From a virus, in IMG/VR virus record IMGVR_UViG_3300028197_000782, positions 1-64,000 of that record: DNA of 64,000 nt; one strand, written 5' to 3'. A program made the position numbers and the translations under genes. Every line of letters begins with the position of its first letter. Position 1 is the first letter of the stretch. Of this stretch, positions 38,410 to 53,200 are shown in pieces. The notes under the pieces were generated by a model. The model did no database searches. It was not told the origin of the DNA and saw only the letters and a list, made by a program, of their open reading frames with translations.

Positions 38410-39405
38410 CTACTTTGACCAAATACTAGAACTATGTAACAAGCTATCATACCTAAGCCCATTTAAAAAATCTAATTTAACGGCATCACCATATGGACTG
38501 TAAACTTCAATTATATCAAGCTGTGTTTTCCAGTTCCTCCTTGATATTGGCGATCCGGGGATTAATTCGTTATTACGATATTTGGCTTGCTTTACTATAT
38601 AATCATGCCCCCAGCCGCCCTGTGCGATGGCTAGTGGATTTGATGCCGGGGAAGATGGTATTGTTAATAAAACTATACCCTCTGATCTTATAGAAGAACT
38701 ACCATAATGCCTAAATACTGAGAAACTAAACCCAGAACGACTACCGTATGTGCTAGCTTTTGATAATGGATTTACTATTTTCCCCTTTACAAGAATTTTG
38801 AAATCAGACTCATTGTCATATAAAGCTCTGGGATAGTCGTGGCTTTTAGAAAATATATTATATTTAGCATGAAAAGGGGTACGCTCTGCTCTCAGATTTT
38901 TTGCTAATCCAGTATACGGTACACTTATGTAAGTTCCATCAGCAGCTTTCCCTCTAACGTCATATATTATCTCAACTTGTCCCGAAGTGTTACTTGCTCC
39001 CCTGCCGCTTCTATCAAATATTCCTCTAAAGAGAGTGCTACCGTTGGTATCTGGTCCCGTCTCTGCGAAATGATGAGCATAACCAAATGGCTTATTAGCT
39101 CCTCCATTAGTTCTTCCTGCCTTTCTCCAAAAATCAGGGAATGAGCCAAGATGATGTGATGCATCACTTGAAGAAGCTGACAACCTGCTAACAATAGGTG
39201 CTTCACCTACTTCACTGGGCATATCGAATTTTGAGAAAGTTGTAAAATGCCCAAAAAACCTATCTTTGTGAAAACTACCTAGAACAGATGTTTCCTCACC
39301 TTCAGTCGGTGGATGGTTTCTATAAAATATAGGAGCATTATAATTAGTCAAGTCTGCTAAAGGTATTCTATAACCACTGTAAGTAGCATCTGGTGGAAAT
39401 TTCAT
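38410..39405 (-). CDS. Hypothetical protein in the tail module
   Basis: 331-aa ORF co-oriented with and abutting its neighbours. Confidence 0.6.
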   Translation of the reverse strand: MKFPPDATYSGYRIPLADLTNYNAPIFYRNHPPTEGEETSVLGSFHKDRFFGHFTTFSKFDMPSEVGEAPIVSRLSASSSDASHHLGSFPDFWRKAGRTNGGANKPFGYAHHFAETGPDTNGSTLFRGIFDRSGRGASNTSGQVEIIYDVRGKAADGTYISVPYTGLAKNLRAERTPFHAKYNIFSKSHDYPRALYDNESDFKILVKGKIVNPLSKASTYGSRSGFSFSVFRHYGSSSIRSEGIVLLTIPSSPASNPLAIAQGGWGHDYIVKQAKYRNNELIPGSPISRRNWKTQLDIIEVYSPYGDAVKLDFLNGLRYDSLLHSSSIWSK

Positions 39406-39411
39406 TATATA

Positions 39412-41205
39412 TTACTCACTTAATTCATAGGTCCAACTTACAGATAAATTATATCTACCTTCTGTGGGATTCCAACTTTCTGTTGGTGGATCAGCAAACC
39501 AATTTACAATCCCCGGCTCATTAGCTGGACTGTATAAACTAACCAGACCAGTAATTTTATCTTTAAATCCTGCTCTAATACTTGGTTTTTCAGCAATTAA
39601 ACTCGCCCTATTAGCAGTAGGAAATGACCTTGCATTTGAAGTACTGGCAGAATCTATGACGACTTCAACATTCAAGGTTCGTTTATATTCAGTTCTTCCA
39701 GCTAAATACTGCAATATTGGTCCAGTAGATCTACCCAAGATTGGGATAGTAGTGTAGACATCGCCGGGGTAAGTATCTTCTATAGTTATGTTTTCATATA
39801 CAGCGCCTGCAAAATACTTATAAGGACTTGCATTAAATTCTAAAGAATATGTAATTTCTCCCGCAACATCATTTGTGCTGTAAGAAATACTTGTAGGACT
39901 AGTGTTCAAATGTTGAGAAGTAACGTGTTGCGCTCTACTAAAAATTCTAGAAAAACCATGCTGTCCTTCATTGCTAATATCGTAATAAGTATTAACAGCA
40001 TTGCCTATTTGTCCAGATCCTGTTATATTATTATTATTAACAAGCGTATTACCTGTTAACTCAGTATACCCCTTTGAATTTTCGGAAACAGAATTCTCCG
40101 TCAAGCCCTTAATCGTTCCTGCTACAGTTACGGTGGGAGTATTGCTTGAGCTATCAGAACTGTAACTTACGTCATATGTTTCTAAAGCCTTCATCCCCGT
40201 TGGCGCATATATAAAATTATCAGTTAAAGTGTAAGTTCCTCCAGCTGTGTCTATCGACTCTGCTCTTATATAATTATACGTGATTAATTTATTCTTCTTG
40301 TTTATTGCTTCTGTGTCTGCGCCGACAAACTTAGAAGTTCCATCAAGCGAACTCCTAATCAAGTCTAAAGTGTGAAACTCGGATCTAGTGTCTTTCATAT
40401 ACGCATCAGCAAGATCTTTTGCTATTACCCAGCCCGGAGCTTTTTCTGCTGAGTAATCATCTTTTATATCAAGTATTTTTCTTCTATTTCCCCAAGACTT
40501 ACAAGAAATACTAAGAGAATATGTACCATTATAATAAATAGTACTAATTGCCTCTTGGTCCGTATTATTAACAGCACGGTGCATACCATACTCTCCCATA
40601 GAAGGATCAAGACTCCAAGTTTCGTTAAAAGCAGTCAGAACTCCAGATTCAAAAGCTATTTTATTGTACGGCGTGTTGGGGATGGATGACGAACCCATTG
40701 TGTTCATTTGACCACTGGGGGTTTGAAAAGAACCGGTATAAGACTTCAGCACAACATTATAACGCATGTAATTAGTATAATCGCCTTCTTCAAAGTTAAT
40801 ACTCTCTAGTTGGCAATCAAATCTTTTTTGAATATCTCCCTTTGCTCCTGCAAGTTTGATTTGAAGTTTGTCATCACCAAAAATATCTTCAATATAATTT
40901 TGCGCCTTCCAAGCAAACTTTGCACCAGTAACTTCACCAGAACTTTGTGGCATCGGGCCGCAGTCTAGCACAGTGTCATCACACTCGTCATTAGTCTTAA
41001 CAAATCCATTTAACGTCAATGTATATTCTGTATTGAGATAACCCGCTTCATTTCTATTGTTTACCGATGATACAGACAGAAATGGAAGAGGACGTAATTG
41101 TTTCCATACATCGTTATTATATATAGCAAGAGTAAGATTGCCACCCGTCGTAGAATCAGAAGAAGTTTCTGTCCCATACTTAGTGTCGTCAGCTAGAGTT
41201 GTCAT
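39412..41205 (-). CDS. Putative tail protein (distal tail/baseplate-like)
   Basis: 597 aa, S/T-rich beta protein ending ESWNPTEGRYNLSVSWTYE. Confidence 0.6.
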   Translation of the reverse strand: MTTLADDTKYGTETSSDSTTGGNLTLAIYNNDVWKQLRPLPFLSVSSVNNRNEAGYLNTEYTLTLNGFVKTNDECDDTVLDCGPMPQSSGEVTGAKFAWKAQNYIEDIFGDDKLQIKLAGAKGDIQKRFDCQLESINFEEGDYTNYMRYNVVLKSYTGSFQTPSGQMNTMGSSSIPNTPYNKIAFESGVLTAFNETWSLDPSMGEYGMHRAVNNTDQEAISTIYYNGTYSLSISCKSWGNRRKILDIKDDYSAEKAPGWVIAKDLADAYMKDTRSEFHTLDLIRSSLDGTSKFVGADTEAINKKNKLITYNYIRAESIDTAGGTYTLTDNFIYAPTGMKALETYDVSYSSDSSSNTPTVTVAGTIKGLTENSVSENSKGYTELTGNTLVNNNNITGSGQIGNAVNTYYDISNEGQHGFSRIFSRAQHVTSQHLNTSPTSISYSTNDVAGEITYSLEFNASPYKYFAGAVYENITIEDTYPGDVYTTIPILGRSTGPILQYLAGRTEYKRTLNVEVVIDSASTSNARSFPTANRASLIAEKPSIRAGFKDKITGLVSLYSPANEPGIVNWFADPPTESWNPTEGRYNLSVSWTYELSE

Positions 41206-44200
41206 TAGAATCCACCATATCCATATAAATTAAGTATACCCGTACCGCCACTAAGAGAGCCACTAACCGATAATGGTAGTATACCAGAAGATTCAAGATT
41301 CTGTATTCCACTGGCATACAATTGCAATATTCCAGAACTATCTAAAGCCGAAATGCCGTACAATCCTACATTATTATACACATTTCCAGTTTCTGGACCC
41401 CTGCTGAAAAGATTGATAATTCCAGATGTATTGAACGGAGCGCCCTCGTTAAATAGATTTAATCTAGCTCTTTCGCCAGAGCCAAATTCATAAACGCCTC
41501 TAATTTGCTTAATAAATGGCCTGTGAGTAACATATCCTCTTTCTACCTTGTCTTGTCCAGAGGCTTCTATAAAGATTTCACCTTGCTCGTTGGAGAATAC
41601 TAAACCTTCAAACCTATGCGTTGCGTTTGGAACTGTTCCGTTCGTGAAATCAAATTCTATATATTCATCCTTATCTCTATAAACACCAAACACTTTACCC
41701 TTTAGTGATGTGTCTGGATGAGAGAATCCGGGGCGAAGTTTTCTCAGCATCGCATCGTTCGTGTAGACAGCTCCAATATTTCCTGAAGTTGGAACGCTGT
41801 GGTTCTTTGACCCAATAGCTAATGTATAATCACTATCACTTCGTCTAGATCTATACAAGCTGAGTGACGTTCCAAAGTAATTATTTTCACTAGATCCTTG
41901 AGATAAATCTAAATCTTCTAAAGGATTAAGTTTTTGTATCTGAGTCCAAGCTTGCTGCTTAGAACCCCAATCATCAATCTTGTTTTCGTATGTAAATACT
42001 GCACCATTATTGAGTACAGTTAGGCCACTATTTGGATAAGCATCACGAACTGATTGTTTAGCGAAGTCGTGCTTAGTTCTAGTCTCTATTGCAAACTGTT
42101 CGTTAAATGCTTTGTTTACGAATTCGCCTGAGTTGATTTCAAAGAACGTATTGAAGTCGTGACCCGGAGCGGAGATCGCCATTAAGTCTCCATCCAATAC
42201 AATGTCAGCACCAAACATATCTGAAACGAAAGCATTATTCTCGATAAATGAATCTGTATAACTATGAGTTCCAATGATTCCAGACAATGCAGTTGCGTCA
42301 GTATTCATAAAACCAACGCCCAGCTCATCTGGTCTAAATTTACTTGTCGTCTTCCAAGGTATACCAGTAGTAACAGCCGATGATCCCTGTATAGAACCAA
42401 CACCGTCTCCAACATTACCAACTTTCTCAATTACATATACAGCTCCAGCTCCACCGTTATGACCAACTTCTACGCCAGTTAATGAACCGTTATCTAATAT
42501 TCCAGACCAAGGCGTAATTGTTTCATTATTATATGGAGTAAATGGAGATCCAACATACAGTTTATTTTTATGAATAGTTACTTTATATCCAAACAAATCA
42601 CCGGGATAACCAGAATTAAATACATCAAAGTCTAAGTGATCATGACCAGCTGCTCTGAGTAGCGGAGGTATTCTTTCTGACAATCCAGCGTCTACATAAG
42701 TTTGACCATTGTATACATCTTGAATCTTAGAAGTAGACGACCAATACGTTTGATATTGTAGGAATTCATCTACATACCATTTTTGTTCGTACTCTGCCCT
42801 TGTCAGTCCACCATAAGTATACGGGGGAATGCTGAAATAATGACTTGGTGGAAGTCTGGGTGCGTCAGGACGTTTTCTAAACTTGCCAGCGTCTTCGGCT
42901 TCCATCAGTGACAACATGCCGTCGAACGGCTGATAAGGTATCTCTCGACCCGGAGGCGTTTCTATATCTTTTTTACCCTCCGTGTCAGAGTATTTGTCTA
43001 CGCCAATACCAGCACTATCATATCCACCAAACCTTGCATTTAATCCAGAGTTATCTGGCAAAGCGTTCACTAGTCTACTCGGACTTGCTCTTTCTGGAGA
43101 GATAATTTTATAAGCATTTGGATAGAATTTTGTTTGAGAAAATTCATCAGAACCAAAGAAGTCATCTTGATAATACTGATAAGTTCTAGGATAAAGACTA
43201 GCTAAGAAATTAGCTAAATCATCGACGATAAATTCATCTTCATTTAGTATATTCCTGCCCTGTATAATACTAGCGTCACTAATAACAGTAACTCTAGACT
43301 TGTTATAACCTGAGAAAAATCCCCCTTGATCATAAACCTGTTGTGCAACAACTACTGGTCCATCTGCAATAACAGGAGCATCGCCATCAATTCCATAGCC
43401 AGCTGGGTCTGCTTCTGCGCAAACTTCTGAATTGTTTTCAGCACAGTATTTAGAACTATCAGTGCTAATCTGTCTAATCAAATCTTGTTCATATGAGAAA
43501 CCCGGAATGGAAGGAATAGAAACAGTTCGATGTTCAAAAATAGGAACAGATGTATTGTTTGTTTTAGTTTCCAACGGTAATCTGACACCAGAAACTCCAA
43601 GAAGTCTTGTAGTTCTTTTTTGATCTGGATTTTCTTCTAGCGTCCGGTAGAATTTAGTGCCAGTAAAGTACATATCAATCTGACCACCACTTGGAAGCTG
43701 TACGTCAACTTCATAGGTTTTAGGAGTAGAGCTAGCCTCTAAATACTTCCAAGCTGCTTGCTTGATTTGGGTGGAGGCAGATAAATTGTCATCAGAGTAA
43801 TCTAATATACTTGTTGAATTTCCAACCTTGTCTTCTATGCCTCCAATAATCCTTGTGGGTGTTCTGCCAGTTCCTTGACCAGAAAACGTAATTCCCCTTC
43901 TGCCATTTTCTACGTATACTTCAATAGGTTCTATTTCAGTCTCAGTAACAGATTGAACTGTAAAGAATAGTCTAAATAAGTATAAATCATCTTCAACTTC
44001 TCTACCAAGATCGTGAGAAAGAATTGAATTATGATCTGGAACATTAAATGTTGCTTTACTAATACCAGTATGTAATCTAGGCTTGCCCTTTGAAACAATT
44101 TCTATATCTGAAATACTATTACTTTTCCCACCTAGTAAAGAAGAATTATTTCTTTGTATAGGTATGATTTCATGGTTTAAAGTTGTGCCAATTCCAAGTC

Positions 44201-47200
44201 TATTGTATGGTGGCACGTTGGTGATAAAACTTGCTCCACCACTAGGAAATCTTGATCGAGCATTTCCGTAAAGAGTAAATGCAGAGAATAAATCTCTTGT
44301 ACTTGAGTTGGTAACTACATCTGACCTTTGGGCATATCTATTCTTACCATTTAAGAATTTAGGCTTCATGCTGATTCCTAGTTCTTTACAGATATAAGCA
44401 GCAACATTAGCAGCTCGTATCATAAACGGAGTCAGTCCATCGTTTTTGGTTTCTTTATTTGGTTCTTGACCATAAGTTATAATTAACCTCTTATTGCCCA
44501 AATCTAAGAAATTCTTAATATGTTGTATATCTTCGTCTGACGGCATCTTGTCTGTGTTTGCAATCCAAGCAATGTCATACTCTAAATATTCAGCAGTCAA
44601 TTTGTCTACATCTACATTTAAGTCTCTAGAATCTATTCCCATGCTATACATTTGGAATGCTATATCACTCTTAATATATCCATCTTTATACGATTTCCTG
44701 TCGGTAAATCCTCCAACTTGAGCGATTTTAGCATAAAATCCATTTTGGTTCATCTTACTGCCATAAGCTAGAATATTGTAATAAGCTAAAAGATTTCTAT
44801 CGCCATCAGAAGCCAATAAAACATCTTTACGCTCTGTATAAGTGGTAGCAATAAGTACTACCTGAGAATTCTCAACCGCTCCGGGTCTGTATCTCTCTTC
44901 GTTAACCATGTCAAACTTACCAACAGTAATACTTTCTTCAACATCTTTAAATGGAGTTGAAGCCTTAGCCATTAACAAGCCATCGCTAATACCGTTAGCA
45001 GAAGCTGTAGCTAAAGGATCAAAGAATAAACTATCACTGTTTATATCATTAATATTATGATCTACATTAACAAAATTAATTCCACTATAAGATCCTTCGT
45101 TGTCTAAATCAGCCTGCCACAAGAAAGAAATTCCAGAGTAAGGAGTGTTTCCATAGTCAAACGAAATATTAGTAGTTGTGTCATATCCAACCACATAGCG
45201 TTCTATTCTTTCTCTTTCTGGGACTGCTGAAACATTAATAGTTTTCTTAACTGATTCATATGCAGCTAATATAGGAACAGGTTCGTTCTTAGGTCTATCA
45301 TTGGGATTAGTGCTGATTTTTGGAATCTCAGGACGATTACAACCCCAATTGCTAGTATTGTGAGTTCCATAAGCATATCCAATATTGCGATGATATGTAA
45401 TAAACGATGTTTCGCCCTTTGGTGTGACATAAACGCATTGATCTTTATACTCTGCTCGTAAATCTCCCTCATGTTTAATAGGTAAATTACACTTGTCATG
45501 CATATCTCTGTAAAGTAATTTTCTACCAGCCCGACTAGAACTTACACCGTCAATTTGTTCAAGGATAGCAAATGGATCGCTTGATTTTTTCATCCCAAAT
45601 GGAAGACTACAGGAGTACAAATCTACAATATCTTCTCGATAGTGCTTGATGTCACCAACTCCATAGCCTTTAAGTCTACTACCTCTCCTTGCTATGACAG
45701 AGGTAGACTTGGCGGGATTAAACGACGACTGTACATTAAAGTAGGCGTTGGTTGATTCAATAAGAGCTTCTCGACTGTCTCTTGCTGGATGTACCTGAAG
45801 ATTAATATCGAGACGTTGTAGGATAGTGTTGATGATGTTTGTAGAATCAAAGAATATCCCATCGCCTTCATATCGAGGATCATCGGCTACTAATACTAGA
45901 TGTCTATCACCTTTAGATAGCCACTCTTTAATATTATTAATAATTTCATCACTATTAGAATCCACAGCTGGAGTTATGATGAATGCAAGGCCAGCATCTT
46001 CTGGTATTTTTTGATCTTCTGCGAAACTAGTTCTAGAATAATCAATACCCCTAGAAGAAAGCATTTGTTTAATATTTTCAAAATACAAATACTTATCATT
46101 TTCACTGGCTAAATCCTCATGCAAGTTTCCATACTTGTAAAACTCTACGGCTTTGTCTCTGTGAGGATAATAATCTCTACTTTCTATTAGTCTTACAGCT
46201 CCAGCATTAGTATAGTTTTGCCATTGCCAAGGTTGAGTATTCCCGTAAGCAGTATCATACCTAAACCAAGTTATTGTATTGTCGCGCTCTCCAAGACTAT
46301 CAGTTGGGCAACCGATTGCTATCATGCTGCCATCGTCGTTCGTGTCTACGCTATATCCAAGCCGTGGAGTAGGAATATACCTACTGTACAGCTGGCTCCA
46401 AGCTCCACCTCGATCTGGATAGACTTCAGAATAAGAAAGACTTTTGATCTTAGAGTATGGCTTTATGTTATACGTTCTATAGAACATGAACTTAAGACTC
46501 TCAGACATCTCATTAAATATAGAGAGTTTTAGGGCGTTATTTGTTCCAGTAGGAGCTTTTTCATTGTTGTATTTATTGTTAAGCGTGTACCCCTCGCCAA
46601 ACGTAGCATCAATAATTTCTTTGTTAGATTCTGCTGATAAAAATGAAGGTAAATTATTAAAGATCCTAGTTTGTAATCTACTTTCATAGTCAGACTGCCT
46701 TTGGAATACTTGAACAGCGCTTTCTGTGTACGGCGATCCAATAACGATTATATTTCCATCTTTACTGATAGCAACATCATGACCAAACCTGTCAGATACA
46801 TCATCTGAATATGTAACAGGAGATTGTATTTCTTGGCGTAACTCAAAAGAAGATGTGGCATTATCTTTTTCAAACACATAAACAGCGCCACCACTAGGAG
46901 GTGGATTATTAAATTCTGAAGCGCTTACATTAAAAGTTCCTAAGTTAGTAGCTATTAACGTGTGCTTATTGGCAGCTTTAAGTGTAGGAATATCAGTTAA
47001 ATCTCTTAAGCATCTAATTGACTGAGAAACCCAGTTAGATTCTGAGCTAGAAACTGTTACAGAAGCGTAACCTTCAGTAGCGTCACCCGTTCCAGCTCCT
47101 CCAGATCCAAAGTCTTTAACACCATTAGCCTTTGAGTAAGAATAGTAATAATCAATAAATTTATTTAAAGCACCTTTAAATCCATTTGTATAATAACCAA

Positions 47201-50200
47201 CCCTATCAGAACCAAGAGAAAATGAATCATCAACAAAGAATCCCATCAATGGAGGAACTCCGTTGTGCAAAGCAGAAGCGTTAGTTGAAAAAGTATCATG
47301 GAATATATTTTTCATTTCTTGAAGCATGGTGGCTTCAGCGTCTATCCAATCCTGACTAGTAGTACTAAGATTCCAATGCCTTGTAGTTAAGTGCTTAGTA
47401 ACAAAATCAGGCTGTGGAGTATTGAATTCTTCTGAGGATTCAAAAGGTATATCAGATCCAAGGTGTGGTTCTAATATCATAATTTTTATATCAAATTCTA
47501 CAGCTGGATCTGCAAAATATCTGTACAGTATGTCTCTGTCTTTTAGTGCTTTAAGAACATTTTGCCAAGGTGAAACATTGGGTTGTAACTCATTATTAAA
47601 TACCATCAACCCAATAGACACTGGCGTAGTAGTAACAGGAGAGAAAGTTCGTGTCCATTTGGAACCCGGACCACCAGCAACAATAACTTCTTTGTCTCCA
47701 ACCTTTGTTGCATCTACTGAGTGTCCCAGTTCTCGCCCTTCTCCAGAGTTGATCCAATTTCTAATGGTTCCTGTAAATGGTAGAGTTTGACCTGAATCGT
47801 CTGTAAATGTAGCAGTTGTGGTTGTGAAATAATCTCTTCTCCATCCAGTTGGTAACACAATTTCTTGCTCAACTGCCCATTGAGCTTGATCATCTTGCTC
47901 TGACCAATCATATCCAGAAGGAGCAAGGTTTCTTCTGTATACGTAAATCTTACCATGACTTTCTACTGGGCGAGAAGCAAGGTCTGAGTTTAAGGTGTCA
48001 TTTACACCAACAATATTATCTGCATACGGAACTCCCACAGCTAACATGTCTTGCACGATCTTGACGGATGAGCCGAATTTATTGTCAGAAAATCTGTTGC
48101 TTATTTTTTCTAATAACTGTATTCCAGAATAATTAACTTCTGGAGGAATAATACCACTACTCTCTGACTTACCATAATTCCACTCTTGTAGCTCTCTTGG
48201 AACATCAATTATTTCAGAACCAGCGCTTTGACCAGTAATAACCAAATTGTATGGAGCGTTAGGAATAAGATTGGTAAATTTACGAATGCCATAATATTCT
48301 TTATCATATCCAGCTTCTACGTTAGAATAAACTCTAACGGGCCTGATGACTCCACCTTCAGCGCATTCTGGTACATACCAAGTTGTATCATGGGTAACTA
48401 TAGCAGTTTCGGTGCATGAAACGCCAGCGTTGGTGTCGCAGTCTCCGTAACACATAGTATTCACGCCCCTGATCTCGTCATTAGCTGGAATGCTTGCGTA
48501 CTGATTATCATCTACATAAATTTCAAAACCGTAATTTTGACCATTCCAAGTAAATGCTTCTAATTGGCCTTCTTCTTTACCTACGGGTTGTACGTGATAT
48601 GTGTACAAGTTTATGTTGCTTGTAATAGTTTCTAGTATTGGCCTGCCTTGAACTTCAAGTGCTAAACTATCCGATATGCTAATTGGATTTTCATCTGGAC
48701 CAGAAACATAAAAATTAATAGAATTATTTACAGTGATTGGAAAATTAGTTGCGCCATGTCCACCTAATATAAATATACTAAACGAATCAGCATTTGTATT
48801 AAATGATTGATCACTAGCATTTATACCTCTAGTATAAAGATTAACACTGGATAGTGACTGAATAGCATCAGAAAATAATCCTTCTGAGTACAAAGTAAAT
48901 GGATCTCTAAGATTATTTGCTACTGAAAATCCACCTAAATTAGAAAGATTTAATATTCCACTTTCAGCTAAACCTCCACCATTGTGCAGATTCAAATTTG
49001 CATAGCCACCGGACCAGCCGGAAGCATAAATATTCATATCAGATGAATGTTGAGTATAAATATTACCACTAGTATATAAATTAACAGAAAGGTCTGGAAG
49101 GGTATATGTTTCATGGTTTCCAAACATGACGCTGCCAAACCCACCAGCCGCAATAACTTCTTTAACCGCGCCTTCAGCCCATGTCATATTAAGAGAACCA
49201 GCAGAATAAGCATCACCACTAGTATAAACGTTTAAATGTTCGTTAGATTTATCTTCAAATAATATTATATCATCCATCTTGATATCTAATGAATGAATTT
49301 TTATCTCAGAGTGTTCATATGAGCCAGATGGATATACTAGATCATACTGTACAAACATCTCATCAATGTCTCTACCAAAGTAATTCTCTGAAAATTCTTT
49401 CTTAGTGATCCGCTTGTCGAAGAACGCCCAAGGTTCACTGTCAGAATCAGTATATTGTTCTAGTGTGAATCTACTCTTAATCTTGATCCAGCAATCTTCA
49501 GGTGTTACATAATGAACATCTCTACTGACTAAGCCAAAGTTGGTGCTAGCAGAGTATGCACTTTCTTTAGTTGGCGCGTATAAGCTTGCAATAAGTTTTG
49601 CACCAACTTTACCGTCAGGCCACACAATGTTATCGTCGCAGCTGTGTTGAAGAATAGTATTTACTAGTAAAGAGTCTTCAGCAAACAAATAACTTCTAGG
49701 TAAATCTTTTACAATTCTAGGAGATACAGCATAAAATCTATCTTCTCTACCAGAAAGCTGAACTCTAATCATATCATTTTCAATTTGAGTATGATAAGCT
49801 AAACCAGAAGCGTTAACAGTAGGTGGTAGATCTATATTTGTTAAATCTGCATAAGTCTTTCCATGATTGTGGAAGCTATGATAAATATAATCAGTTCCAA
49901 TTCTTTTGGACATAACGTCAAAGTCTGGACCAAACTGACAATACTTAAATGAGCCTAACTTCCAATCATCTGTTTTCTCGTCTACAAAACGGAATAAATT
50001 GTCTGATCCATCCCAGAAATTAATTGAGTTTGATCTAAAGAAATCAAGGATTGTATGTTCTTGGACAGACGCATCGGGGACTTTAGTAGAGTCAATAATA
50101 TTTGCATGTCCGCTAGCATTAATATCAGATATGCCAATCTCACTTATAAAGGCGTTGAATCCTACGCCAGAGCCAGCAGAATAAGAAAATGTTAAATCAC

Positions 50201-53200
50201 TAGTACCACTATGCATAACAAAAGCATTTGACTCAGCACGAAGTATATCAACATCAGATACTATTTCATTCTTAGTATATAGCCTAAGTTTATTATCTCC
50301 CCTTTGATTGTAGGTCAAAACAACACCAAGAGGATATTGATAATTATCATAAGAGAGAGTGTCAGATATCTCAATAATATTAGAAGAATTTTTTTCTTTA
50401 GCGTAGGCTGTGAGATAACCATCTTTATAACCTAGAGCGTATTCTAAGTCACTACCGCTATCCCACTTACTAAAGATAGCTCCAGAATTCCAAAGGTTGT
50501 AATTAGGACTTGTTCCGCTAACAGTAACATCTGGAGAAAATTTAGTATATACAGTGAAGCCTTCAGACGTTGGTGTATCTCCAAAGTTTAAGTACCCATC
50601 TACACCAGAGCATCGAAGCACATTGTCATAAGCGTCAAGTATTTTACCTTCAAGCTCATGGCCCGTAGGACACCAATCAATTGTTTTATAAGATCTAATA
50701 TTAGAGTCAAACAAACTAGAGTTATTAAACCTTAATCCAATATTCCTAGTTAGACTATCACTTATATTTGAATTAAATAATCCAGAAATAGATACATCAC
50801 CAAAGTCGTCCATGAATGCATTATTAACAACTTTATTGAAATCAAAATATCCCAGCAGGAACGGTTGGTTTTTTGTGTTTCTTTCATATGAGAAATCGAA
50901 AGCTTCTGCATCAAACGGAGAGTCATCGACCTGACCAGTACAACCCCTCCAACGACGAGAATAATTTGTCTTTAACGTGTCTTCTATTTGAGTATATCCA
51001 TGAGGGACATTTTCTAGCAAGGACAATCCATGAGACATTGAGTTTGTTATAGAATCAGTATCTTTTTTAGTATCAGGGTATAATCTACCTGTTCGATCAG
51101 CAAATTTCTTGGATAAATATCCTGCTGTAGTCAATGGGAAAGCTCCAGCAGGAGCATACTTAATAATCAAATCGGCTCTTTGTATGGATGCACCGCTTGG
51201 AATTGGGTATATATCTAAGTACAAAGATTCAAAGTATGTACTCATACTATAATCTTTTGATCTGCCAAGTCTTACACTATCATTATATATCTTTAATGGT
51301 ACATCGTATGTCTCAAAATTTATTCCAGTTACGACAGGGTTTCCTATCTTATAATGATCGCCAGCTGCGTGTTCTATAATAGATTCTTGGAAGTACGCAT
51401 CTTTATCAGAAATAGGATGGTTAGAAATACCTAAATCATCAGTAGGTAAAAAGCCTGAGTGACTTGGAATTATGCCACTTCCAACTTCTGCATTTTGTAA
51501 AAACCCGCCTTGCTCAGAGGTGATAGCAAGAACACCATCATCACTGTAACCAACTACATCAATTGGAAAATCATCATGAAGTGTCGAACCTTTCTTAGCA
51601 CTGATACGCAATGTTATTTCTTCTACAATGAAAACAGAGTCGTCAGGCTCAACCATCGCCACTTTAGCGGTTCCAAAATCAGATCCACCGTAACGCTGAC
51701 CTATGAAGAAAGCGCCTCCGGTTTTTTCTTTTACTGATTGAGGTTTTGCATTTTTATATAATAGTTGTAATTTACCAGATTCACTAACTGGTGTAATGCT
51801 ATCTAAGGTTATCCAACCATCTACAAATCTATTAGCAAGTCTATCTTTAAATACTCCCTCCGCATTATCAGAGCTTGTGTAATATACGTTACCATCTGCA
51901 TCAGCAGAACTCTTCCAAACATTAACAATACCAGTAGGATATATATTATTATTATAAGATGATGTCAAAACTCTCGTAGGAGATAAAGCTCTTTCTAGTC
52001 TCTGACCAGTTGGCTGTGGCATCAATACAATATTCAGCTGACCGTCATGAAGTAATCCACTACTCAAGCCTTCATTAACTATTTCAATAGAGGATATTCT
52101 TAAAGCATTCGTTGGGTTTAGCTGATAACCCTGAGTTCTTGTCGATAAAGGCGCTCCATCTAAAGACAAATAATCATTAGGACTACTTGGTACAAACTTC
52201 CTTGTAAGGTCACAATTATCTTCAAAGCCTCCATCAAATTTTTTATCAAACGGTTCGTGAAAACATGTTGCATCTACATCAAACGCAAGAAGATATCCAC
52301 TGTTTTCATTAACAATAGGATAGTCAAATCTATCTAATCCAGTTCCTGCGTAGAACTCTTCAGGTTCTGTTACAAGTGTAAACCAATCTCTTTGTAAGTT
52401 AGGGTGTATTGTATAATCCTGTTCTCCAATAACAGATATATCTTTATACTTAGCAATCAAATCTCCTGAAGGATCTAAGAACTTAATATTTTTAATATCA
52501 TACTTAGGTGGATTATTACCATCATAATTAAATAAAGGAGCAGCGGCTCTAAAAACCAACACACTTTCCATAGGAGTCATGGTAGGATTGGTAACTTCAA
52601 ATTTATATTGAAAACTACCAGCAGTGTTAATAGATGAAGGGGTTATGTAAGAAGAGTTCTTATCAGATAGAAAGTATCCCGTACCACCATTTTGAAGTAC
52701 ATTGCCTACAAAAACCCCCTCATCTATGCTTCTATATATTCCGCTATTACCTAGCTTTTCATCTACTAAACTAATACCATCATGTTCTATATCTTCATCT
52801 TTAATAGGATATAATTTTTGTATAAATCCACTAGCAAAATCCATAAGAGAAAGTTTCTTAGCATGACCTTTCATCTTTTCAAAGAATTTGATTTTCATTG
52901 TACCTTTAGAATCAAACTTGGCAGCGAAGTTTGTAATCGGCACATTCATGGAAGCCCTTAGATTACTTCCAGATTGACATCTTGCAAATATACGATGTAT
53001 AGTTTGAGGAGAGCCAGTATATGTATAAATATGATTGTTACTTGTAGCTGGGTCATATACTGAGTCTGGAATACCATCTAAACCAGACTGTTTATATTCA
53101 ACAGAGTCAATATCAAAAAGTTGTTCAGGAAGAATTCTGGGTGGCTTCTTGGTAAACTCTCGTTGCGCATTGAAAGATACATCGCTATCTCCACGCATAA

